63,431 bases of DNA, filler included, from Sphaeroforma arctica JP610 (GCF_001186125.1; 8 parts of 3 records of this genome joined end to end with filler, not necessarily neighbours in it), one strand, 5' to 3'; counted from the first letter of the whole stretch, positions 22,661 through 36,407 are shown. Made by a program: numbers and translations. Notes: generated from the sequence alone by a model not told the origin.

Positions 22661-23583
22661 AATAGCCGTGCCTCCACGTTAGAATCTTGTTTATAAACTT
22701 ACTCTTAAAAGTACGTAAACTTAGTTTTCTTTAATGACTTTTTAACAGTTTTATCAATTAAATACCTTTTTCATTTTACATATCAGATATATGGACACGG
22801 CCATTTGAAAAAGGCCTGACTAAAATGCCAAAGATATGGGTTGAAACATAATTGTATACAACAGAGGACGGAGACTCTGTTGATATTGATATGCATAGCC
22901 ATCTGAAAATTTGTTTTATTTTCAGAAGGCTATGTGATATGATGGTATTATTATTTTCCATAACGATATATTTTCCACCAGAATATTGGGATGTAATACT
23001 TTAGGTGTCTCATGTAAAATTGGCACTTGATGACTCATGTTACATTTTCTAATACTCTCAGCGCGAGACAACCCACTGATAAATGGGATATGAAAATGAT
23101 TCCCCCTAGCCAGCCAACTAGAGGTACCCGTCTAAGTCTTCAATGAGATGGAGAGCTCTTTATTGTATTATACTATCAATAATGTGATACAAGTAACAAG
23201 TAACAATAACAAGTAAGTAGCGCGCATCATGTATTGACAGCGTACTTATTTAGCTAGTTGAATGTTTGTACCAGTATATGGGTCCTCGCCATAGCTGTCT
23301 TCGAGAGTAAGAGATAATGCTAGTGCAGGGGTCATCGGTGCAGTCATAGTCATATTGTAAGAGTGTGCTACACATATTGTGTGCGTTTATTTGTTGTGGT
23401 CGTACTATGTATGTATTATTCTGTTTTATTCACAAGTATGAGACTATGAGTCATGCCAACATGTCGCTTGACAACGGTTTTAAAATTAGTAGAATTGCCC
23501 ATTAAGACCCGGTTATTATAGCGCGATGGTCCTACCGTAGTGCACTATATCTAAGGAATTGTTATAAGTTGTTAAAGATAAAT

Positions 23584-24810
23584 TGTTAGAGTGCAATGTA
23601 GAGACTTAATAAAGTGCAAATGTATATATTTATTTCTGACTTCACCTTTGGTTTTATACCTAAGGTGTTTGTGCTAGTGTTCAGCAGCTTGGGCTGGCCA
23701 GGGTAAAAACTCATATGGTCAGTATGAGATGTAGTAAAAGTCCCCTTAAACCACTATCAGTGTGGAGTTAGAATTAGTTTACAATTAATTCACACGAGGT
23801 GAATTATTTGTAGACCAAGTAGACAATCAAATATAAGAATAAATACACCGCACTGAGCCTCAGGAGGACTCAGTAGGTTTTAGTATCGTATTTTGATGTG
23901 TTTACTACAGAGAAACAATATGCAGAACACTTTAACACTTCGATGCTTTTCTATTTCAACTTCTCTGCAGCTAAATATCACGCTGATCACATGATGCCTT
24001 TCCGCATAGGTTGTGACTCACATAGAACCGCAGCTACTATTAGAATGTTGCGGTTGACAGGCTTAATCCACTCTCGGGAATCGGTTGAGAAACCTAATCT
24101 GCTCTCGGAAGTCGGTTTAAGTAATAACTCAAACTCTTGAGACAAATTTAAGCAATTTGATTAGCTTTCGGGAGTGAGCTTACTCTGATGACTTAGCTCT
24201 TGGGAGTGAGCTAACTCTAATGACTTCCATAAATCAAAGATGGTTTCTTGCTGTAAAATCGGACCTGACCTGTAGTCTCTCACTCCCCCTCAATTTTACA
24301 ATCAACAAAGGCTGAAGTTTGAAGGCTGAAAATTGGAAAATGAAGACTAATAAAGGCTGAAGACTTAAGACCTGGATTGTAAATTGTTGACTCTGTAGAT
24401 GGATTGGGCGATAAGCGTTGAACCAATGTATATTTGTCGAAGACGTTAACGAATTGGTGCTGTTGAGTATTGTCTCGATGCAAATTGTTGATAATGATGA
24501 CTTTTCTGAAGAGTAGACGATCTCCTGTACGGGCTTCACGACTGGCGTGGATAATCTTCTATTCGGGGACAGACATCACAGGTAAAAATACTCGAGATTT
24601 TCTTGGAAAATACATTTTGCTTACTGGATCGGTGTGGACTGTGGCGTGGATGCTGGGGGACAGCTCCCTTCTGTGTTGTGGCATATTGGGTTGACTTTGA
24701 GATGTGGCCTGAGAGGCTGAGACTTGGAGACTGGGAGGCTAAGATTTCCTCTTGGGTCTTGGAATGTGCGGCTCTTATGCTGCGGTCTGGCTGCTATCCT
24801 TAGTATGGTT
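23584..24810 (-). mobile_element. Copia-type 3' LTR (23584-24282) with PPT and 3' internal remnant
   Basis: Minus strand reads TTGAGGGGGAG|TGAGAGACTACA...CTCTAACA; near-identical to 26413-26905 apart from the 180-bp insert. Confidence 0.85.
23730..23909. mobile_element. 180-bp solo LTR-like insertion with 4-bp TSD
   Basis: TGTAGTAAA...TTTACTACA 9-bp terminal inverted repeat; GAGA at 23726-23729 and 23910-23913; empty site ATGAGAAACAAT at ~26531. Confidence 0.9.
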
Positions 24811-24865
24811 GCTTTTTAAAAAAAAGTTGGATTTTTGATCGAATTGACCAACGAAATTCGTGTAG

Positions 24866-25409
24866 TGATAAATTCTACCCATCGAGGACAAAAATTCAGG
24901 CTCCAGTGGTAAAAAAAAACTATTGTTTTGTTTTTGTTTTTGTGTTAGTACTCACAATACATAGAGGGGGCGCTGATGGGAGGTGGAGACAATGTGAGGT
25001 TGTGGTCCCTGTAGGGCCTGTGGACTGCGAAATTCACAATTTTTTTTGTATCCTGCGAGTGAATTTCAATACAGATTGTCACAGGTATGCAACTTTTACG
25101 ATATCACGCATAAAAGTTAAGAAGAACCAGTAAGTTATGATAAATTCTACCCATCGAGGACAAAAATTCAGGCTCCAGTGGTAAAAAAAAACTATTGTTT
25201 TGTTTTTGTTTTTGTGTTAGTACTCACAATACATAGAGGGGGCGCTGATGGGAGGTGGAGACAATGTGAGGTTGTGGTCCCTGTAGGGCCTGTGGACTGC
25301 GAAATTCACAATTTTGTTTGTATCCTGCGAGTGAATTTCAATACAGATTGTCACAGGTATGCAACTTTTACGATATCACGCATAAAAGTTAAGAAGAACC
25401 AGTAAGTTA
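24866..25409. repeat. Near-perfect 272-bp tandem duplication
   Basis: 24866-25137 vs 25138-25409; the duplicated ORFs at 24906 and 25178 differ by one residue. Confidence 0.95.
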
Positions 25410-25495
25410 CTAACATTATGTGTATCGATGAATACAAATTGTCTGCGGGATTCAACTTTAACTTCAGAGTATTTTATGTCAAAACACAGTCGCAC

Positions 25496-25556
25496 AAGTA
25501 AATAGTTGGGTGTCTAAGTAAATAGTTGGGTGTCTAAGTAAATAGTTGGGTGTCTA
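25496..25556. repeat. 20-bp tandem repeat x3
   Basis: AAGTAAATAGTTGGGTGTCT units. Confidence 0.9.
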
Positions 25557-25762
25557 TCGATAGGAACAATTATATGAACAAATATATAGTTATATATTGC
25601 GTGTACATTACTTATAATTTCATTTTTACATATAATACAAACAGTTTGTACACACTCCTTTTATAAGGTACGATACATCTGTATATTTTGCAGTCAGAGA
25701 TGGAAGCACAAAGCATTTGACACCTGCTTACCTTAAAATACTTACCTTTATTATAAATTGAA

Positions 25763-26412
25763 CTATGTTGATACTGGCATCCGAGTCATTAGTCTGTCGC
25801 GTATGTCGGTAAACTTCTCTCGGCTGAATGGCTTCGTGAAGAAATCACTGAGTAGTTGTTCTGATGGTATGTATTTTAGCTTGATGGTGTTGTTCGATGT
25901 GAGTTCCCTGATGTGTTGATATCGTAGATCGACATGTTTTGTACGGCGGGATTTTGTGATACCATTTCCCATCAGTATTGCTGACTTGTTGTCCTGTTCT
26001 ATGGTGGTGGGTTCTACGAGCGGAATGGCGAATTCTGTGAAGAGATTCCTAGCACACACTGCGTCTTTGGCTGTATCAGATTGTGCTACTTATTCTGCCT
26101 CTGCTGTAGACGTTGTTACTAGTCGTTACAAGTTTGTGCCCCACATGAATGGTGCACCTGCTATAATGCCCACTCGCCCGGTGGTGGATCGTCTTGTTGT
26201 GTCATCGCTAGCAAAGCTACTGTCTGCACTCAGATAGGGAATACATGGTTCATTGTTCGAGTATTCAAGTTCGAAGTCTTGAGTACCAGCGAGATACTTC
26301 AAACAGCGCTTGGCACCTCTGAAGTGGTGGTACTGAGGTGCTATCAGATAGCGACTTTGGATTGAAACTGCAAAGCATATATCCACTCGTGTTTGATCTA
26401 CAAGGTATCGTA
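25763..26412 (-). pseudogene. pol: Ty1/Copia RT C-terminus and RNase H relic
   Basis: TRVDICFAVS..SRY...AKRCLKYLAGT; ADSSFA..RRSTTG; STAEAE; QDNKSAI; RTKHVDLRY; SDFFTKP. Confidence 0.92.
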
Positions 26413-26905
26413 GCAATAAAGTGCAAATGTATGTATTTATTTCTGACTTCACCTTTGGTTTTATACCCAAGGTGTTTGTGCTGGTGTTCAGCCGCTTGGG
26501 CTGCCCAGGGTAAAAACTCATCTGGTCAGTATGAGAAACAATATGCAGAACACTTTAACACTTCGATGCTTTTCTATTTCAACTTCTCTGCAACTAAATC
26601 TCACGCTGATCACATGATGCCTTTCCGCATAGATTGTGACTCACATAGAACCGCAGCTACTATTAGAATGTTGCGGTTGACAGGCCTAATCCACTCTCGG
26701 GAATCGGTTGAGAAACCTTATTTGCTCTCGGAAGTCGGTTAAGTAATAGCTTAACTCTTGAGAGTAATTTGAACAACTTGATTCGCTCTCGGGAGTGAGC
26801 TTACTCTGATGATTTAGCTCTCGGGAGTGAGCTAACTCTGATGACTTCCATAAATCAAAGATGGTTTCTTGCTGTAAAATCTAGCCTAAGACCTGTAGTC
26901 TCTCA
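26413..26905 (-). repeat. Copia-type LTR copy, truncated at one end
   Basis: Near-identical to 23606-24282 without the 180-bp insert; ends GTCTCTCA at 26905. Confidence 0.85.
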
Positions 26906-27990
26906 GGAATATACCAGATTTCATTGATTAATCAAAATATAATTTAAAATTTCATGAATAGCAGACTACTGTTTTTCGGAGTCAGACCCTTTATAACCAA
27001 TACCTCATCGTTCTCTTTTGGAGTCACACCCTATTACCACCAATAGACATTAAGACTGATGTACAGTACACGGCAATAATGGCATTTAAGTAGGATATCC
27101 TTTTATTTATGACTAGAGAGACTTTTAGAGAATCGAGAGTCCATATTTAATTTTTACCGGGCTCAACGCCTCAACTGAGATTCTGATACACCTGACTCTG
27201 GGTGCCTAAAGTCATAATCTTATTCTATATGCATTTGTTTTTATTTAAAAAAAAAATACAAAATACAAAATACAAAAGTGCTTTTTTAGAAGGGTGGCCT
27301 TTATAATTTACAAGCGTGACAGACGGACAGGACAGTGGAAGTAAAGGCCGGAGCTCGGAGGGCGGAGAGTGGAGAGTAAATATACTTCCCCGAAAACGGA
27401 AAAAATGCACTCTGAAGTGTCTGAACTCTGAAGTCTCAACTCCTAGTCTGAAAGGACCAGTGTCTTCGGAGGAGCCTGGGACTCGTAGAGGACTAGAAAT
27501 TCTACTGCTGGTATCAAAAGTTGTAGGTAAAAATATGAGTTATGTACAGAGTCAATAAATACTCTAGTCTTTGTGTACACTGTACACTGTCCACCTAAAG
27601 GCAAAACAGTAGTGAGAAAACCTCCTGCTGTGCGCCTCTCTAGAGTTGTGGAGAGTAGAGTCTGGGACTGTACTGCTCAATTCACAATTGTATTTACATA
27701 TAGGTAAAAGTTGTATTCCCCAGGGCCCAGGCCCAGGGCCCAGGGCCAGAGATGTCTTTTATAAAAATAGATATAGAATATTCTTGTTTCTGTACTTTGT
27801 GTAATTATGTGGTTGTAAATCTTGTTGACTTATTACTCTATTACTCCAATCCTGTCTAAACCCAGGTTTCTATCATAAATACTCTAACTGATGATTTAGA
27901 GCGCCACTTTCGTGTCGACCAACGGGAAGACAGTTCATCACAGCCTAGAGCATATATACTGCCCAAGTGCCTATGTTGTTCACTCTTGTC

Positions 27991-28331
27991 CTAAGCTCAA
28001 TAAGTTATAGGGGTACGGAATATAAGTTCCAACTTTAATGTTAACTTTTTGATTTTTAAAAGTTATAACTTTTATTTAGGACAAATCAACTACAAAGTTA
28101 TTTTGGAAACTGCACTCAATAAGCTGTCCGATTGTTGAAAATTTTGGGCCACGAAAATGATAATAGGCAATCAAAAGAGATTGAGCGTTTCAATTGTGAC
28201 GACTGTCACCTGAGTGACCTGAAAAGTGCACCTATCCTATATGGAAGTGTACTATCGAGATATAAAAGTTACAATTTTAATGTTTATTCGAGGCATAACT
28301 AAAGATACAACTTTTAACGCATTGAGCTTAG
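27991..28331. mobile_element. Non-autonomous DNA transposon (MITE) candidate
   Basis: 11-bp TIR CTAAGCTCAAT/ATTGAGCTTAG; flanks CTCTTGTC and CGCTTGTC (8-bp TSD with one mismatch). Confidence 0.55.
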
Positions 28332-29661
28332 CGCTTGTCACTTGTGTTTACTTTCGCACAGTGAACCAAAGTGACCGAACTTAGAACAATAAACTTAAAC
28401 TGCTCAGAAGTCAGAACTACTTGTTTTTATATATACAAATGTTTACTTGTGACTTTGACTATATTTATATCGAATCTCAAAGTTGTTGACAATGATCACT
28501 GACGTTTGACAATGGTCAGGCTGCTGCCTGCTGCCAGTGCCAGGTCGCTGGATAACCTGGATTCATACAACATTATTTAAAAGCCCGCACGGTGAACAAC
28601 CGACCTGGCAAATGTCCCGGCAAAATCGGAGATTAGCTAAACTACTGAACGTATTGAAAATCTGAGACCACGAGCGTGTTCAGCGTGGCCAAATTAGCAA
28701 CGGACAATACTTCAATTACATTATATTATAAGGATAGCATGTTCTTTTTTATATCGGGATAGCCACTGTAACACGATATAACACGATTTTCTAACTTGTA
28801 TTAGTGTAATGCTGTCGGTCCTTATCTTTTGATCATAGGTGATTATTTAAAAAAATAATGAGCTGGGTTTTTTTTGGAGTAATATTTGAAATTATTTTGA
28901 AAATTAGCCAATTATAATCGTATATATATATATAGAAAGAGGCTATTTTTTTTTTTAAATGTTGAGAAACTTTAGAATTTGACACCTCTCGAGGCTCACC
29001 TCCTCGTCTTTTGATTATTTTCTCATCACCTTCTTGTAGGGAATGTAGGCGGTTGTGATATTCACCTCCTCGCCCGTGGCAGCAAATTAAACCCTAAATC
29101 CCCGTGGCAGCACATCCTTTTTAATTTTTTGGAGAAGTTCCAAAATTAAATTTGTCGCAACATCTTCTTCTTCTCCTCCTGAGTATATAAGTTTTGGCAT
29201 TTGTTGAGGAATTGTACAATATCTACGTATATATTTATAGTTTTAGATTAATTTGCTACTTTCTCATCCTCTTCTCGTCCTCGGAATAGCATATACTTTG
29301 GCTTTGGTTTTTAGAAATTGTATTGTTCTCCTCAGGCCAAAATTTGTATAAACAATTATAGAAAAAATGAACAGGGAGAACAGATGGACAAAAAAAATTA
29401 GAAAATGTAGCAGAAGAACAGGTAACCGTAGGTTCAATAGAATTACTACTATAAAGTATGTGAACATGTATAACACACCGTTTGTTGGATGAGATGAACG
29501 TGCAACGATGGGGACAACATGCTGCGTTACAAAATGTAAAAAGAGGAGAGGTACAAAGTATAACCACTGCACAAATAGCGAAAATCGAGAAGTGCAGCTT
29601 TACTCGATGCGGCCGGAATGGCGATCTGTTTTAAAAGATCGCGTAAAAGTGGATACCAAAA

Positions 29662-29696
29662 TGAGAGACTACAGGTCTCAGGTCAGATTTTACAGC
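29662..29696 (+). repeat. Short 5' fragment of the Copia-type LTR
   Basis: TGAGAGACTACAGGTCTCAGGTCAGATTTTACAGC matches the reverse complement of 9055-9089. Confidence 0.7.
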
Positions 29697-29925
29697 AACG
29701 GCTGTGCTGGTATATTTTTACCCCCCAAAAAGCTAGGGTATCCGCTTGTATGTTTTCACCCCCCCCCCATAAGCTAGGATATCCGCTGGAGTTATACTCG
29801 CTTATAAACTCGAGTTGTGGAATCGTCGTTCGCCTCTACACCGTGGTGAAATCTCACGAGGAGAGACAAACTCCGATCCGGAAGTAGATGGTAGACATCT
29901 AGTATTCATCAACGTAACGTTGGAA

Positions 29926-30758
29926 TTATTGGCGTTGTGCCGCTTTCTTCTTCTGGCGAGTTTGCTCGGCTTTTTGGTATGCAGCGATATCATTCGGATC
30001 GTCAAAAGCTTCGGCTGACTCCCAAGTTGGATCACCTTCCCGCCAGCGTACCAAGTATTCTGTATTTCCTGTGGAATCATTCTGTCTATGTCGAATGATG
30101 TAACGGAAAGAGGAACTATCCTGCCACATATGATCTTCTAAAGGGTTTTAGGTGGCACTATGGACTAATCGCAAAAGTTCCACTCTAACTGGTTTATATT
30201 TGAAAGTATCTGGAAGTGAACCATCCTTGTGTGTCAGTTCATATCCTTGTCCCTGTCTGGCTTTGACAACGTATGGTCCAAACATTGGTCGCATTGCTTT
30301 GGTTGTGCGACCTTCGGACAGCACCATTACCACATCCCATGGTTGAAAGGCGATAAAATCGTAAGCATGGAGGCGATCAAACTGCCTGGATAGTGTATCT
30401 GCGTATTTCTGCGTGACCTTGTAAAGCGTCGGCAAGATAGTGTCGTACAAACGATCCAGCCGGTGTGCCCAAGCCTCATTGGTGACCGGCTGATTCCCCG
30501 GAAAGTCATCCGTGAAATCAGCAAACGGAACATGACGGCGACCGAAGTCAGCACTGAATGGTGCTGTCTTGTGTCGCCAAGATATTCGGAGGTTCTGGCA
30601 CAGCATAATAAGTGGTAGTCGGACATCCCATGCAGTAGGTAAAGGTTCACATAGCTTGCGAACTCCTTCGTGTATGTCTCTGTGTCTTCTCTCCGCTGCT
30701 CCCAGAACCTGAGGACAATTTGGTGGCGACTTCGCATGCACCACTCCAACTTCTTGAG
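29926..30758 (-). pseudogene. pol: Gypsy family A-like integrase C-terminus + chromodomain, cut by an N gap
   Basis: GAAERRHRDI...WDVRLP...FGRRHVPFADF...MFGPYVVKAR; YLVRWREGDPTWESAEAFDDPNDIAAY; homologous to 14250-15066. Confidence 0.92.
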
Positions 30759-32389
30759 NNNNNNNNNNNNNNNNNNNNNNNNNNNNNNNNNNNNNNNNNN
30801 NNTTAATTAATTAANNNNNNNNNNNNNNNNNNNNNNNNNNNNNNNNNNNNNNNNNNNNAAGCCACGGTCATGTCTAATGGTCCTTGATGTAGATATAGTC
30901 ACGATTTGTATAGATAGAATTGATCTTTCAAATAGCACATGATTACTTTACGCACATAATTCTTAAGCAAGATCTTTCACATTTAAGTCCAATCCAATTG
31001 AAAGCTTGGACTGTAGCGGTTCAGGCTAATAATCGAGAAATACAAACTTACACTGTTCTTTGACTTGAGCCGGTCGATGGTCTATTGGGCGATGTAAGAC
31101 ATTTTCTTCGAACCCTTTCTACCGTGAGTATGGTGACAATGCTATTTTGGACTAATTGAGTGTAAGTCAGGCGAAATTCGCGACTCCTTCGAACAACAAT
31201 TTGCACAACACCCACGACCTCCGCAGTTACATGAGATCGATACACTGGAATGAGATGGACACGTTGGCTAAAACCCTAAAACCCCAAGGCACACAGAGCA
31301 GCAAGCAATGGGTGAGAAACCTTAGTATACGCAAACTGCCCTGTCTGTGCTGTCAAAGGAATCATAATATACGTACAAAGTCTTATCTATGATGAGTGAA
31401 GAATCATATTATACGAACAAAGCCTTGTCTGTGAAGTTTAAGGAACAATACTATACACACAAAGCCTGAATTACACCGCCAGAGCGTTGCTGGCGCACCT
31501 TACTTGAGTGTCCTGACGAAACCCTTGTTGGCGCGATCTTGATGGGGTTGGAATTCGGCATGGAGGAACTGCCATATCAGATCCGCCCGGTATCGGATGG
31601 GCCCACAGGAGACTGTCTTATCCCTGCTGTGCCTGCAGTAGTGCAGTAACTCGCCCATCCGCACCTTTACATCTTTTTCGGGGAAGCCCTTGGACAGCCA
31701 ATTGAACTTTAAAACGTATACCCCGACTTCGTCAGAGTATTGAGGGGGAGGGGAGGAGATCATAGAAAACCTTTGAAACATTAATCTTTTAACCGTGCTG
31801 TGAGGTACAAACCAGTAACTTGACAAAATTATTGACTTTCTGGCAATAATAAAGACGACAATAGACTCTCACCTTTCCAAGCCATTGATGGTGGTAATGA
31901 TACCTAAGTCCAACAAAGTACTGGCCGGAATTTTCAAACATTCGTAAGGATGCTTCGCCTCTCTAACACAGATGACCTGCGAGATTTTTTATATATAGTC
32001 TGTCATGCAATAAGTGGGCGACAATAATTAAGTGTACGAAAAACAAAACACTTGCGCATGGTTACAGACAAGACAAACATTCTCTTTTTCTCCTGAACAG
32101 CACACTGTGCCGATGATGAATGTGTTTTGCTTATTATAAATTGACACCGGTGCATACCTTTTAACCTTCACTTCGCTTCAAGACAACTGATCGTCTTCGA
32201 TCCCCTCTAGCTGTAGGGCAACGCAGCAATCGTGCAAAGCTCTGGGTCTCAAGATCTAACAAGGACAGAAGAAAAACATGCTCAGTTGAGCAATGAATGG
32301 TTTATGAACTGGAATGGCGCGTGCCATACGATCATACAGCCGAATGAGACAACGTCCAAGACGTCAACGAATGCTCTAGATAATGTATG

Positions 32390-34610
32390 CACATAAACAG
32401 TACACACCACACCACAGGACATAGACCCCTTAAGGACACCCAGCACTTCCGTTAGCACTTCTTGTATAACAATCCCAACAGTACACACCACACCACAGGC
32501 CATACCAGACCTCATCAAACAGGTCCCTTAAGCACACCCAGCACTTTCATTAGCACTTCTTATATAATAAATCCAAAGGTACACACCACACCACAGGCCA
32601 TACCATACATTATCAAACAGGTCCCAAAAAAGGCATACCCAGCACTTCTAATAGCACTTCTTATATAATAAACCCAACAGTGCACACCACACCACAGGCC
32701 ATATCATACATCATCAAACAGGTCCCTTAAGCACACCCAGCACTTCCAATAGCAATTCTTATAGAATAAATCCAACGGTACACGCTACCCACAGAACATA
32801 TCATACCTCATCAAACAGGTCCCTTAAGGACACCCATATGTTCCACAGAATCTTGTTTACCACTTCGTCCGAAGTGTTATTGTCTGGGAAAACACAATCC
32901 ACTTCCGCTGCCATCTCCAGAAGCTTGGTGACCATCTCTGCAGAGCAGTTGAAACAGTACAAGAATGTTGGACATCAAATGACAAATGTCAAGCCCACGG
33001 GTTTCACGGCTATTAATTGAGCGCGGTTATATAGCTTCATTATGTTGCAGGTGACAGAGAATAAAAGTCGATTTATAACAATTTTTGCACATGAAAAGAA
33101 TAGAAAATTAGTTTCTCCACTTCAACTTTATTCAGTTGTTGACACATAAAGCGACACCATAGTTCCATTGTGTTGCAGCTGACAAAGAAAATAACAGAAG
33201 CATACCCAGCACTTCCATTAACACTTCGTATATAACAAATCCAACGGTGCAAACCACCCACGGTGTACCATATCATACCTCATCAAACAGGTCCCTTAAG
33301 GACACCCATGTGTTCCACAGAATCTTGTTTACCACTTCGTCCGAAGTGTTATTGTCTGGGCAACACAATCCCCTTCCGCTGCCATCTCCAGAAGTTTAGT
33401 GACCATCTCTGTAGAGCAGTTGAAACAGTACAAGAATGTTAGACATCAAATGACAAATGTCAAGCCCACGTGTTTCACGACTATTAATTGAGCGCAGTTA
33501 TATAGCTTCATTAGGGATGAGAATAAAAAGTTGATTTATAACTATTTATGCACGTATCGTCGAAAAGAATAGAAAATTAGTTTCTCCACTTTAACTTTAT
33601 TCAGCTGTTGACACATAAAAACGACAGTATTAAGCTATTAATTGAGCGCAGTGACAAAGGAAATAAAAGTTGTGCTATCTCTTTTTGCACGAAATATGTA
33701 AAATAAGAGAAAATGTTTTCTGACACATAAAGACGACACACAGGTTTTGTTTCATATTTGCTCGTACCTGTAGAAGAATTCAGGCGAATCACACTTTTTG
33801 TCCCCGTTTTATCTATCGAACCAAACCAGAAGGAATATACCCACAAATTAGCTGATCTTTGTGTAAAATTGTTACTATATCTCATTATTCAATCTTCTAT
33901 GCTTGCATTGAATGCAGATGTAAATGACAGTTGGAATAAGCTGAATGCTGCCAATGAAACAAACCCAAGTAAGAATTGATTTCAATCGTCATGTTTTGAT
34001 AACAGAAAATATGTGTCAACCAGAATGCTATGTGTATAGATCTATTATTCTATGATTTTGGCCATACACTCGGAAACTGAGATTATCGAACATCGAATAA
34101 AATATAGCAAGGACGTTGGACGTCAAATGATAAATGTCAAGCCCACGTGTTTCATGACTATTAATTGAGCGCAGTTATATAGCTTCATTATGTTGCAGGT
34201 GACAGAGAATAAAAGTTGATTTATAACTATTTATGCACGTATTGTCGGAAATAATAGAAATTTAGTTTCTCCACTTCAACTTCATTCAGTTGTTGACACA
34301 TAAAACGACACTAAATAATAATTGAGCGCAGTTATATAGTTTCATTGTGCTGCAGTCGGCAAAAGAATTAAAATTTGTGCTTTCTCCTTTTTGCACGAAA
34401 TATGTAAAATGAGAGAAAATATTATTCTGACACATAAAACGACACAGATTGTGTTCCATATTTGCTCGTACTTGTAGAAGGATTCAGGCGGATCACACTT
34501 TCCCTCCCGTTTTAATCTATCGAACCAACCCACAAGGAATACACCCACAAGCTATCTGATCTTTGTGTATGATTTTTACTATATCTCATCATTCAATCTT
34601 CTCTACTCGA
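32390..34610. repeat. Compound repeat block: ~100-bp tandem units (32390-32835) plus larger local duplications
   Basis: Repeated CACACCACACCACAGG...CATCAAACAGGTCCCTTAAG...CCCAGCACTTC; 32800-33150 recurs at 33270-33620 and partly at 34110-34310; 33640-33900 recurs at 34360-34600. Confidence 0.85.
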
Positions 34611-36145
34611 ATATCCATACATAGGTCTTCATATTGACTTTTTTTGAGATACATTTGTGTTTATCCTGTAACGTCATATTAAATAAGATCATGTTTTTTT
34701 CACTAGACCAAGGAATTTATCTGCGTGTTGACACGTATCTAAACATCTTGATACGTTTAGCTTGTCATGAACATAAACGCAGCGACTACAAAGAGTTGAA
34801 CTTCTTTTTCAACACCAAATTGCAATGGTGGGAGTGATAAGGTCGTTTAAGGCATCGCCTATACTCTTAAAAGTATATTATTCAGGATTCCATTAACAGA
34901 CATGTTATACGTTGTTTACTGTCGAAGCGAATGGTAATGATTCGTAAGTTTTTTTGAAGTATTTGTTTGTAGGTGTTAGATTGAACTCTAGTAGTGTGTT
35001 CGTGTACACAGATATTCAGGCGCCATAAAATAAGGAAAACCTTGGTTATCCTTACAGAGTGCTTAAATATCGCTGTTATTGATATTTCCCCTAGAATTAT
35101 CATGTGGGCGTGAACACGATGTCCAGTAGAAAATATGTAGCGAACAGATGTTAGAATGATACCGCTGATTTTTGTTTCGTGGTAAATTTTCGAGTAGTTC
35201 CTTCTATATTACTTGTTTTTATTTCGATAAAAACCAGTAAAACATCAAATCGGGAGTCTAATCAACGTACTTTGATAGTGACCTGTTCCATCTTAATCCT
35301 GATCGTGTCCGTGATGGTGCCTGGCGATCCTCGGATTGATTATCATCGGCATTATTTAAAAGTTCATTAGGCGGCTTAGAATGTTCTTTCTTAAGATTGT
35401 CATCGCTATTGAATCCGAACAGGAGAGACATACGTCATTCAAAACTTACTTTGATGGAGTTTGCACTTTGCTTAGTCGCCATGATTCCAAGAAAATACAC
35501 TTGCTACTCGACGAAGTATCATTGCCGCAACGAGGCGGTCTAAACTCCACTGGAGTGACCTATGCTTATTTCTGAGTCAGAGTCAGAGTGCTACATGCGT
35601 GATAATAGTCACTACTGAGCGGAATATGTTGATTGTAACGCAAGATATTCCACTACCTGATAAAAGTCATTTCACTAGCTGATAAAACCATTCCACCGAG
35701 TATATTTAGATGAATTTATCAATTGGTTGTAATTATTTATCGACATTTCGATGGTTTTTGTTTTACAGTTCTAATTTATGTGGTTGTCATCTTCAGGGTG
35801 ATATGGTTTACTACGATGGTGGAGGCGGTTGCTGATACAATCGTGATCGTGTGCTATCTCCTTCCAGATTAGTTGCTTGTGCTTTCTATTGTAGGGTTCC
35901 AATAAAGAGGTTTCCGACTACTATTAGGAGCCAAGTTAGTTCTGGTTTGAACAAACTTGTATTACATTATATACTTTCTGTTTACGACAGATGTGACTGG
36001 TTGCAATAGCAGCGCAATCAAGCGAGTGACTCTTCGAGTCAATCTCGTGGGTCATTACGTTTACAGTATCTTTTAAAAGAATAGCTGCATATGATTATTG
36101 AAATTAAGAATTCTTTGTGTCGGCAGTTATTATCTTACTTGCACA

Positions 36146-36407
36146 GTTTACCATAACTTTTGGTTACTTCTGTTGCGAATCAGTTGTCAATGATCACATC
36201 GGTGTTGATAATACATTTTGTCACGGTGGTACTTTTAGTAAGGCAGGTCCACCATATGTTTTTGGCGATGCTTTTAGTTGCTCCTTGACTGGCGGCGGCA
36301 ATATTTTGGACCATGGACGCTATAAAACACACTGTCCGAGGGCTGTGTATTGTTTTCCATTTGATGGTAAAACCTATTTTTTGCGCACTGGTATGTGTAT
36401 AAGATGA
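36146..36407 (+). CDS. Probable terminal exon of a small Cys-rich protein of unknown function
   Basis: TTGCACAG acceptor followed by a protein-like Cys/Gly-rich frame ending MCIR*. Confidence 0.3.

Noticed and set aside
23006..23472. Possible TIR/LTR element (TTGGCA..TGACTCAT / ATGAGTCATGCCAA)
   Set aside because: The inverted match is partial and I found no TSD or second copy.
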